This document shows positions 51,598-59,264 of a DNA stretch of 64,000 bases, piece by piece (position 1 is the stretch's first letter; each line of letters starts with the position of its first letter). Under the pieces are notes generated by a model. That model did no database searches, was not told the origin of the DNA, and worked only from the letters and a program-made list of their open reading frames with translations. This DNA is from Sulfolobales archaeon. Its GTDB lineage: Archaea > Thermoproteota > Thermoprotei_A > Sulfolobales > NBVN01. A program made the translations under genes and the position numbers. Location: assembly GCA_038832865.1 (NCBI GenBank), contig JAWBJE010000003.1, forward strand, positions 30,775 through 94,774, written 5' to 3'.

Positions 51598-51850
51598 GCT
51601 GTTTCTTTTATTTAGTTTTTTGTAGGTTTCTCTAGGGTGCTTAGAGCTCTTGGTGTGATCAAGTCAAGCAGGGTTTGTAAATCAGCGAGTACGCATAGAT
51701 GCTTTGGTGACTTCGGGCTTCTGAGACCCACGGCAGAACGTGGAGGGGGAGTTCGGGGAAACCGTGATAATCCACCCTAGGAAAAACTAAAAGAAAACTA
51801 GGGCGGGAAACAATTGGATCTCTCTTAGCAACTAGTTGTGCGAGCGAAAC
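51598..51850 (-). mobile_element. ORF-less insertion-like block I3, 17 nt downstream of the subtilase stop
   Basis: The minus strand starts (A)GTTTCGCTCGCACAACTAGTTGC and ends AAATAAAAGAAACAGCC, a degenerate copy of the I1/I2 end motif. CCCTAG...CTAGGG hairpin with an A/T-rich loop at 51775-51803. Boundaries are approximate. Confidence 0.35.
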
Positions 51851-52170
51851 TGGTTTGAGGTTTCCGCCTAGAGGTTTAACGACCTTAGTACTAGGCTGTG
51901 TGCGTCTACTAGTCCGTAGCCGGTCTCCTGGTCGTAGCCTGGGAGACCTAGGTCTGCAGCTGTAGACCTGACTAAGTCTATTATCTGTGCTGGTGCGAGC
52001 TTCTGCCTACCTGAAGCAAGCCTTACCGCTTGAGCTAGTGCGACGGCGGCTGATGCGTGTGGGCAAGCCATGCTGGTACCGCTCGCTACGACGTGCTCGT
52101 TTCCTATCCACGTCGAAAGCACCCCGGACCCCGGTGCCACTACGTCCGGGTTCCTATTGCTCCAGCTGGG

Positions 52171-52419
52171 CTGTTTTCTTCTTGATGTTTTTAGGAAATG
52201 CTTATAAGCATTGTTTTTGCTCTATGTTTATTGGAAGCCCCGGTGGTGATGGGAGCATTGCTCCAAGCCACCCGGGCTTGAGCTAGATGGGAGCCCCGTG
52301 CCGTTGGGCTCGACAGCCACCCATGAACCCATACAGATACCGATATCTGTATGGGCGAGGTGGAAGTCCCTGGATACGAAAGAACATAAACAAACAAAAA
52401 TAAATATCCAGGGACAAAC
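52171..52419 (-). mobile_element. interrupting block I2 (249 nt, possibly two modules flanking a short exon remnant)
   Basis: The minus strand starts GTTTGTCCCTGGATA. Perfect 11-bp stem at 52366-52376/52405-52415. Perfect 12-bp hairpin at 52328-52355. 16-nt palindrome at 52197-52212. Ends AAACATCAAGAAGAAAACAG(CC). In-frame stops at 52228-52230 and 52222-52224. Confidence 0.45.
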
Positions 52420-52668
52420 GGTTGAGCCACCGGAGTTACCGGATGCCGCAACCAGGACTGCTCCAGCAGTATAGGCGTACCTAATAGCGTCGTAGACTAC
52501 AGAGCTAGAAGGTCCACCAAAGGACATCGAGATGACGTCGGCGTCGTCCTCCGTACCGACAACTCCATCGGGTCCCCTCACCGCCTCGATTATGCCTCGA
52601 GCTATGTCGCTCGCGTATCCCTTCCCAGAGGAGTCGAAGACTCTAACAGCGTACAGAACTACCTTAGG

Positions 52669-53039
52669 GCTGTTTTCTTTTTGATGTTTACTTGTGTTGT
52701 TCGTGTGCTTTGCGACTGTTCATGATCTTTTCGTCTCGGAGGTGTTTGAGTGCTATTAGGTATGCTGATGCTGTGTGCCTGTCCAAGCCGTGCTTCTCCA
52801 TTACGAATCTGTGCTCTTGCGAGCTGGAGGTCCCCCTGAGCTCATAAAGTTTTTAAACCTAAAAACTTATGTAGTTAGCGTGCCCTCGGGGGTTCCAAGA
52901 CCCGTGGAGCGGTGAACCGTAGGTGACTACGGGGAGCCTCCGCGGTGAGGGGCTCCGAGGAGACCGTTGAGAGGTAGATGGCTGGGAGGTTGGATATAAA
53001 AGAGCATGAAAGCCTATGAACAGCCATCTACTGAGAAAC
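52669..53039 (-). mobile_element. interrupting block I1 (371 nt), a cleanly delimited insertion in the subtilase gene
   Basis: The minus strand starts GTTTCTCAGTAGATGGCTG. Perfect 11-bp stem at 52974-52984/53021-53031. Ends AAACATCAAAAAGAAAACAGC. Deleting it joins ...GIAGVA to PKVVLYAVRV... in frame. No ORF, TIR or TSD. Confidence 0.55.
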
Positions 53040-54216
53040 GGCTACACCGGCGATACCCCAGTTGTTTAACCTAGCGGCGGCTATCCCGGCTACGTGTGTT
53101 CCATGTCCGTTCGGGTCAGCACACTGAGATAGGTCGCTACCTCTGTAGAGAGTGCCGTTTAACGAAGAAACACACCACACTACAGCACCGGCGAGGTCTT
53201 GGTGCGTGTAGTCTACACCTGTGTCCACTATGGCTAGCTGAACTACTACGCTGTACCCGTATGCTGAGTCACCGTACTGGACACTCGTCGCCCAGACCTT
53301 AGTAGCGTTGATCATCTGGACGTTCCACCCGATCGTGTCGCTGTACGCTGTAGATGGAGGTGGACTCGGGGTCTCCGAAGTGGGTACCACAACTCTTACG
53401 GTTACAGTAGCTGATGCGTAAACAGTACCCTGACTACTGGAGTCTACTACTGCTAGTGTCCAGCTGTAGGTGCCCGCCGCACTCGGTGCTGTGAACTCTA
53501 GCCTTCCTGAGTAGCTTGAGCTCGGTGGTAAAGCTACGGTGTCCGTTCTCGCGACAGCTATACCTCTCTCGTTCCGTAGCTCTACGATAACCGAGACGTC
53601 CACTTTACCTACGTTCTTGATAGTGAAGGATACCTCGCCGTTTGCACCTACAGCTACCGTGACATCCCTCGTGTAGTCAGTTATACTTACTCTAGGTCTA
53701 CTAGCTCCCGAAGGTTTACTGCTTATCTCTAGTGTTACGTCTTCCTCAACGTACCTAGCGAAAGCGAGTCCCCGCAGGCGCTCGACAGCGTTCTTCGGTA
53801 TTGACAGAACTACGACCCCTATCTCAGGTATCTCCTTCTCTACCGACCCAAACTGCCCTAAGACAGCTTTGACCTTTCTTAGGTTAAACCCTTGACGCAC
53901 GGCCACTACCGCCCTGACCTTGGTAACAGAAATAGCTTCCACGACAGTCGATAGTGTGGATACGACCACTAAGGTTACTAAAACTAGCACAACGATTCTC
54001 TCCATCGTTTCCACCAATTAATGAAGAGCTATCGTTCTATCACCACACCATTACAGTCTTCAAGCTCGCTACTATGGCTTCGCAGATCAGGACCTAATCA
54101 CTTTTACTGGAGGAAACATCTTAAACGATGAAATCTCCTACGACAGGTCCTCAGGAATTCGAGCAAACCTGTGTGGTGTTTAAGTGTACTAGAGCTACTA
54201 GCCTAGACCCTAGTAG

Positions 54217-54315
54217 TGCGGGGGGTGGGATTTGAACCCACGCAGGCCTACGCCATCGGGGCTCTCACTTTAGGTCCTGAGCCCGACCCCTTCGACCTGG
54301 CTCGGGCACCCCCGC
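54217..54315 (-). tRNA. tRNA-Leu (anticodon CAG) with a 14-nt intron at the canonical 37/38 position
   Basis: Reverse complement reads GCGGGGGTGCCCGAGCCAGGTCGAAGGGGTCGGGCTCAGG[ACCTAAAGTGAGAG]CCCCGATGGCGTAGGCCTGCGTGGGTTCAAATCCCACCCCCCGCA. CUCA pairs with the intron UGAG to form the central helix of a BHB. CCA is not encoded. Confidence 0.88.
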
Positions 54316-54431
54316 GCCATTAAATGTTAGTTGATGCGGGGTTATAAGTTTCTACTTGGTTGCCTGACGGACTGCGGTCTTTAACGAGAGTTATATAAAT
54401 TAGACGGAGGATTATAGTACCAGGGCTCTAA

Positions 54432-55823
54432 ATGAGCTCCAAGAGGCTTTTTGGAACCGATGGAGTTAGAGGGGTAGTGAACGTCGATTTGACTCCTGAA
54501 GTAGCTTTAAGGCTCGCACTAGCTATTGGAACGTACTTCCGCCCCGGGTCGAGACTAGTTGTCGGTTCAGATGTAAGAGCTGGTAACAGCTTTTTAACTA
54601 AGATAATTATCGGCGGCTTGATATCTACTGGAGTAAAGGTAGTTGACGCTGGTCTAGCGCCTACACCAGCCCTCCAATTCTACGTGAAGTCTAGAGGATT
54701 CGATGGCGGTGTAGTAGTTACAGCATCCCACAACCCTCCTGAGTACAGCGGCATAAAGGTAGTAATGCCCGATGGGGTCGAGGCGCCGCGCAAGGTTGAG
54801 GAAGAACTCGAGGAGATATACTACGAAAGCAGGTTCAGGAGAGTGCCGTGGCGTGAGGTCTCGGGTGATGCCGCGAGAGTTTACGATGTGATCGATCACT
54901 ACTTGAATAACATAGTTGAGCTCGTCGATAAAGAGAGAATACGCGAGACCGGCTTGAAAGTCGCTGTCGACCCCGCTAATAATGTTGGAACTCTAGCAAC
55001 ACCTAAGCTGATGAGAACTCTGGGAGTTAAAGTGGTTGTTATAAACGGTGACCTAAGCTACATACCCTCTAGGAGCCCGGAACCAGCTCCAGAGAACATT
55101 GAAGACCTTATTTCCGTAGTTAAGTCCGTCGGTGCTGATCTCGGTGTCGCCCACGATGGTGACGCAGATAGAGCTATATTCGTTGCTGATGGTGGGCTCT
55201 ACGTACCCGGAGACATATCGGCACTGCTGTTGTGCAAACACATAGTAGAAAACCGGAGAGAAGTCTCTCCACCTAGAGTAGTAACCGCTGTTTCCAGCTC
55301 TACGCTGGTTAGTAAAGTACTATCGACATACGGGATCGAGGTCGTCTGGACTAAGGTCGGGAGTATAACTATATCGAGAACTATGATGGAGCTTGGGGCT
55401 ATTGCTGGCTTTGAAGAGAACGGGGGCTTCATCTACCCGAGGCACCAGTACGTACGGGATGGAGCTATGAGCCTTGCCCTAATGGTCGAATTACTGAGTT
55501 ACGAAAGAACCCCTTTATCGAGTTTGCTCGAAACGTTACCGAAGAGGTATGTAGTAAAAAAGAGGGTGTATGTAGGGAGGGAGCTATTGCCGAGGGTTTA
55601 CGAAGAAATAAGAAATAGGTTTAGCGAAATAACAGAATTTATCGATGTAGACGGTCTCAAGGGTATCTCAAGTAGGTATTGGTTCTTAGTGAGACCAAGC
55701 GGTACTGAACCTTTAGTTAGAGTTTTTGTTGAGGCCGATAGCCAGCAACTGGTAAACGAGGTATTAAAGGAGCTATTAGACATCTTTATGGAGGTGTACG
55801 GAAGTGAGGTACGTGTTGCTTAA
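54432..55823 (+). CDS. phosphohexomutase (phosphoglucosamine/phosphomannomutase family)
   Basis: LFGTDGVRG N-terminus, active-site serine loop TASHNPPEYSGIK, Mg loop AHDGDADR, and C-terminal RPSGTEP. Confidence 0.88.
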   Translation: MSSKRLFGTDGVRGVVNVDLTPEVALRLALAIGTYFRPGSRLVVGSDVRAGNSFLTKIIIGGLISTGVKVVDAGLAPTPALQFYVKSRGFDGGVVVTASHNPPEYSGIKVVMPDGVEAPRKVEEELEEIYYESRFRRVPWREVSGDAARVYDVIDHYLNNIVELVDKERIRETGLKVAVDPANNVGTLATPKLMRTLGVKVVVINGDLSYIPSRSPEPAPENIEDLISVVKSVGADLGVAHDGDADRAIFVADGGLYVPGDISALLLCKHIVENRREVSPPRVVTAVSSSTLVSKVLSTYGIEVVWTKVGSITISRTMMELGAIAGFEENGGFIYPRHQYVRDGAMSLALMVELLSYERTPLSSLLETLPKRYVVKKRVYVGRELLPRVYEEIRNRFSEITEFIDVDGLKGISSRYWFLVRPSGTEPLVRVFVEADSQQLVNEVLKELLDIFMEVYGSEVRVA

Positions 55824-56217
55824 TCTACTTGCCTGCCCCATGTGCAAAGGCTTCCCACTGAGGCTACTGGTCTTCGAGGAGGGAGTCATAGATAAGAAGT
55901 TCAATGTTAAGACCCCCTTCTGCGACCTATACTGCGGACTGAGAGGTTCTTACTTAAAGGACCTTAAAGTGGAGGAATTGAACTGTAGTGAGTGCGTTAG
56001 GCACGATGTTCTCTGGGGTATACTTCACTGCTCTCACTGTGGGAGATGGTACCCGGTGATCGATGGAATACCCTTTATGTACCCGGACGACCTAAGGGCG
56101 AAGCCCAGGATTAAGAGTAAAGAAGAGCAGTTCATCAGCAAGTACGCTGATAGGATACCCGCTGAGATAACCGAAAAAGACCCTTTGAAAATTTTAAGGC
56201 CTAAAACCGAAACATAG
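55804..56217 (+). CDS. Trm112-like zinc-ribbon protein
   Basis: LLACPMCKG ... LHCSHCGRWYPVIDGIPFM matches the Trm112/DUF343 pattern. Confidence 0.6.
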   Translation: MRYVLLNLLACPMCKGFPLRLLVFEEGVIDKKFNVKTPFCDLYCGLRGSYLKDLKVEELNCSECVRHDVLWGILHCSHCGRWYPVIDGIPFMYPDDLRAKPRIKSKEEQFISKYADRIPAEITEKDPLKILRPKTET

Positions 56218-56632
56218 CCGCCCTAGGCACTCCATCAACGTAAACTACGCGTATCTTAGCGATCAGTTCAACGCCCCCCAAGACCTCCAGCTCTCTCCTC
56301 AAGGTCTGCAGGGCAGTCAATTTGTTGTTCAAGTTCTCGATGGCGACCTCAAGAGCTGTCTGCTCCTGTTCTGCCGTAGGGTTGAATATGAGCGTTAAAC
56401 CCCTAAGAGAGACGGTATTGGTTACTACTTCAGACTTTACCCCCAGCTTCCCTAATAGCTCCTTGATCTTTCTCTCCTGCTCAGCCTTTATCCTCAACTC
56501 CTCGAGCCTCTTCAAGAGGTCTCCCATTCTCCTTCTCAATTCGGCGATGTCCTCGTCTATATCTTTAATAAACTCGGCGACACTATTGAACTCCTTAATC
56601 TCCGTTGAAGCGAGGTCTTTATGCGAAGACAT
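56201..56632 (-). CDS. coiled-coil protein, unknown function
   Basis: 143 codons, rich in heptad-like E/K/L segments (IAELRRRMGDLLKRLEELRIKAEQERKIKELL). Confidence 0.45.
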   Translation of the reverse strand: MSSHKDLASTEIKEFNSVAEFIKDIDEDIAELRRRMGDLLKRLEELRIKAEQERKIKELLGKLGVKSEVVTNTVSLRGLTLIFNPTAEQEQTALEVAIENLNNKLTALQTLRRELEVLGGVELIAKIRVVYVDGVPRAAMFRF

Positions 56633-56775
56633 AGCGACACCTATATAGGGTTTGTCCCCAAGGTATTTATATGCTCTGGCCTATTAAGAGCAGAACCAGC
56701 TTGTAGAACGACGAATGTGAGGTGTGGCGATAGCTCTAGTTCGCTAGGTTTATCGGCTTTGCGGGGTCCCCCGAG

Positions 56776-56899
56776 ACCGAACGCGGACCCTGTGCCGTTC
56801 GGTTCGAGCCGTACCACGACCCAGCGTGGAGCTCCCGCAGCTACCGCGGACTGCGGGAACGCGCCGACCCGCTGCAGCTGAACCAGCGGGGACGCTGGG
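56776..56899. ncRNA. candidate structured RNA (GC-rich multi-hairpin element); strand and identity unknown
   Basis: 8-bp hairpin at 56776-56783/56796-56803. 8-bp closing helix at 56820-56827/56892-56899 encloses two 7-bp hairpins (56834-56840/56851-56857 and 56868-56874/56884-56890). Markedly GC-rich compared with its flanks, in an intergenic position. Confidence 0.3.
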
Positions 56900-56952
56900 A
56901 ACAGTGGTAGGATACCATTCTCGGAGTTAAGACTGTAGATCCCCGAATTAGC

Positions 56953-58197
56953 CTACGACGTTCGTCGCTCGTCATGTAGAGGAGAGGATATAATAATGCT
57001 TTGAGATCTGAGCTCTGCTACAAGGTCTCTTAAGCTATCTTTGTCCGGAAGTTCAAACACTAGTTCAACTAGCGCGTAACCGGAGGGGATGTCTAGACCT
57101 ATTCTTTCGTGCCTTATTTCTATAATGTTGCACCTATACTTAGCTAAAACTCCCAAGGCTTTGTGCAAGGCGCCGGGTACGTCTTCTAACAATAGAGAAA
57201 GTCTTGCCGCTCGACCCTCAACACTAAGACCTTTTAGAATCACTCTGTAGATTGTGGTAAGGTCGGCGTTTCCGCCACTAACTACAGCTACTACATTCTT
57301 TTTCATACCGTGCAGGAAGCCGCTTAAAATAGCTGCGAGCGGTAGAGCTCCGGCGCCCTCGGCTACCAACTTAGCTCTCTCCATTAGCAAAAACATAGCT
57401 TGTGCTATAGAGCTCTCGTCAACTAGAACTACGTCGTCTACTACCTCACTCATTATCCTATAAGTTAGCTCACCCACAGACTTTGTTATCACCCCGTCGG
57501 CTAAACTTGGGCTGACAGGCACCGCGACGGGTCTTCCGGCAATCCTGGCCTGATAGAACTTTGGAGCGCCCTTCGGCTCCACAGCTACTACCTTAACTCT
57601 GTTACCCAAGATCTTTTTAGCGGCTATAGCTACACCGGATATTAGTCCTCCGCCTCCAACGGGAACCAGTATGTAATCGGCGCTCGCTAAGCTAGTCGCT
57701 ATTTCGACACCGATAGTTCCCTGACCGGCTATTACGTACGGATCGTCAAATGGGTGTATGAATACAGCCCCTGTTTCCTTAGAGATCTCTACAGCTTTCT
57801 CGTAGGCCTCATCATATATACGCCCGTGGAGTACTACTCTCGCACCATATGATTTAGTTGCGTTAACTTTGTATGGAGGCGTGTGTTCGGGCATCACAAT
57901 CGTGGCTTTAATGCCTAACTCTGAGGCGGAATAAGCAACGCCTTGAGCATGGTTTCCGGAAGATGCCGCTACGACTCCATACTTCCTACATCTATCTAGG
58001 TCTGAAGAAATTTTAAAGTAGGCACCTCTAACCTTGAAGGCACCGGTCTTCTGAAGGTTCTCTAACTTTAAGAAGACGGCGTTACCGGATAGCTTAGAGA
58101 AAAACGTTGACTGAACTAGAGGCGTTCGGTGGATGACTCCTTCAATAACTTCATTAGCACGCTTTATTAAATCCCATATCTCGTCTAAAGTATCCAT
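56953..58197 (-). CDS. threonine ammonia-lyase (threonine dehydratase) with a C-terminal ACT-like domain
   Basis: PLP lysine motif LQKTGAFKVRGA, ASSGNHAQG, glycine loop PVGGGGLISG, and a regulatory domain of about 80 aa. Confidence 0.85.
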   Translation of the reverse strand: MDTLDEIWDLIKRANEVIEGVIHRTPLVQSTFFSKLSGNAVFLKLENLQKTGAFKVRGAYFKISSDLDRCRKYGVVAASSGNHAQGVAYSASELGIKATIVMPEHTPPYKVNATKSYGARVVLHGRIYDEAYEKAVEISKETGAVFIHPFDDPYVIAGQGTIGVEIATSLASADYILVPVGGGGLISGVAIAAKKILGNRVKVVAVEPKGAPKFYQARIAGRPVAVPVSPSLADGVITKSVGELTYRIMSEVVDDVVLVDESSIAQAMFLLMERAKLVAEGAGALPLAAILSGFLHGMKKNVVAVVSGGNADLTTIYRVILKGLSVEGRAARLSLLLEDVPGALHKALGVLAKYRCNIIEIRHERIGLDIPSGYALVELVFELPDKDSLRDLVAELRSQSIIISSPLHDERRTS

Positions 58198-58262
58198 ACC
58201 TGCGCGCCGCTATAGTTTAGTGCTTAATAATAATTATTAGTTAACATACAACATACCACTAG

Positions 58263-59264
58263 ATGCCGATGCCCGGTCTTGACCTGATAGCGCTAGTGGC
58301 GATGACTGCTTTAACTAGCTACGCGCTATCTAGAGCAGTGTATCGATTGGAGAAAAGACTCGGCTTCACTACGATAGACCTCCACAAGCCCGAGAAAATT
58401 GTCGTAGCTCGGTCAGGGGGTTTAGCCATAATGGCCGCTCTGGTTCTCGCCCTTATATATTGGGGTGCTCTGGGTAAATTGAACTATATAGTTGTAGTCT
58501 ATACTCTCTCAGCTATATTAGCCGGGCTCATCGGCCTCGTCGATGATGTCGTACACTTAGGCGTCAAACTTAAGCTTCTCCTCTTCTGCTTACCCGCTTT
58601 ACCTCCAGTGCTTCTACACCTCTACGACCCCCATCCGTACATACCGTGGGTAGGACATCTGCGGCTTACGATACTCTACCCACTAGGTGCTATAGCTGCT
58701 TACGACATTACGGCAAACGCATTCAACATGAGTGACACGCACAACGGCTTGGTAGTGTCAGCTTTTTTAGTTTTCGCCACTTCCGTCTTTCTCTCCACAG
58801 TTCTTCCAGGTCCGGACCCTATCGAGGGTTTTGAAACTCTCCTAGCGATATTTCTGTCCGTACTACTGGGTTATCTACCAATCAACATGTACCCGGCAAA
58901 GATGTTGAACGGAAACTCGGGATCGCACCTAATCGGGAGCCTTGCAGCCGCCTTAATCTTAACGTCTCGAAGGGAGTTTCTCTCCCTAATGCTCTTAGCA
59001 CCTCAAATATTGAACGGCTACCTTATCTTGTTCACTACCGGCCTTAAAAGCAAGGAGTCGATAGAGAGACCTACGAAGCTTAAGAGCGGAGGTGTTATAG
59101 CTCCCAACTGTAGCACTAAGTCACCAATAACGCTCGTAAAGCTGTTTGTCATAGAAAGAGAGATGGTTGAGAGCGAACTGGTTAAGAGATACATAGCCCT
59201 TCAGGTGATAACTAGCGTCATCTCGCTTCTCATCTATTGGGTGATGTCTATAATTAAACTCTAG
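58263..59264 (+). CDS. glycosyltransferase family 4 (UDP-HexNAc:polyprenol-P HexNAc-1-P transferase, AglH/MraY-like)
   Basis: Polytopic membrane protein with GLIGLVDDV and NAFNMSDTHNGL motifs. Confidence 0.75.
   Translation: MPMPGLDLIALVAMTALTSYALSRAVYRLEKRLGFTTIDLHKPEKIVVARSGGLAIMAALVLALIYWGALGKLNYIVVVYTLSAILAGLIGLVDDVVHLGVKLKLLLFCLPALPPVLLHLYDPHPYIPWVGHLRLTILYPLGAIAAYDITANAFNMSDTHNGLVVSAFLVFATSVFLSTVLPGPDPIEGFETLLAIFLSVLLGYLPINMYPAKMLNGNSGSHLIGSLAAALILTSRREFLSLMLLAPQILNGYLILFTTGLKSKESIERPTKLKSGGVIAPNCSTKSPITLVKLFVIEREMVESELVKRYIALQVITSVISLLIYWVMSIIKL

Larger units (their letters stand above)
51868..54017 (-). pseudogene. subtilisin-family (S8) serine protease gene interrupted by non-coding blocks
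   Basis: Signal peptide plus propeptide. Asp motif IVDTGVDYTHQDL and His motif HGTHVAG lie in 53040-54017. Asn motif VAASGNSGG lies in 52420-52668. Ser motif GTSMACPH lies in 51868-52170. Stops and frame changes separate the three parts. Confidence 0.75.

Noticed and set aside
52294-52330. Apparent homology between the core of block I2 (CCCCGTGCCGTTGGGCTCGA...) and the GC-rich element at 56787-56826 (ACCCTGTGCCGTTCGGTTCGA...). The match is 19/22 nt, and all three differences fall on third-codon positions of an EPNGTG reading.
   Set aside because: A 19/22 match is roughly what chance predicts for all-against-all comparison of a 64-kb window on both strands, and more so in GC-rich DNA. The similarity does not extend convincingly into the flanks, and the matched bases occupy different structural contexts in the two loci.
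52660-53048. Bulge-helix-bulge (archaeal splicing endonuclease) intron hypothesis for the subtilase interruptions.
   Set aside because: The exon/intron junctions cannot be drawn as two 3-nt bulges separated by a 4-bp helix. The first nucleotides of the downstream exon (CCTAAGG, CCCAGCTGG) have no complement near the 5' junction. Only the block ends themselves (GTTTCT / AGAAAAC) pair weakly.
1981-54315. The two tRNA-Leu genes sharing an identical 41-nt 3' half in direct orientation, considered as attL/attR of a 52-kb integrated element.
   Set aside because: Both are complete, functional-looking isoacceptors with different anticodons. The interval between them is full of core housekeeping genes (leuS, psmB, aCPSF1, rps6e, egsA) rather than element-type genes.
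56645-56955. About 100 sense codons continue in frame after the TAG stop of the threonine dehydratase gene, which could indicate stop-codon readthrough or a C-terminal extension.
   Set aside because: The stretch is very GC-rich, so long stop-free frames are expected by chance. The translated sequence has no recognisable domain character and coincides with the perfect hairpins of the ncRNA candidate.
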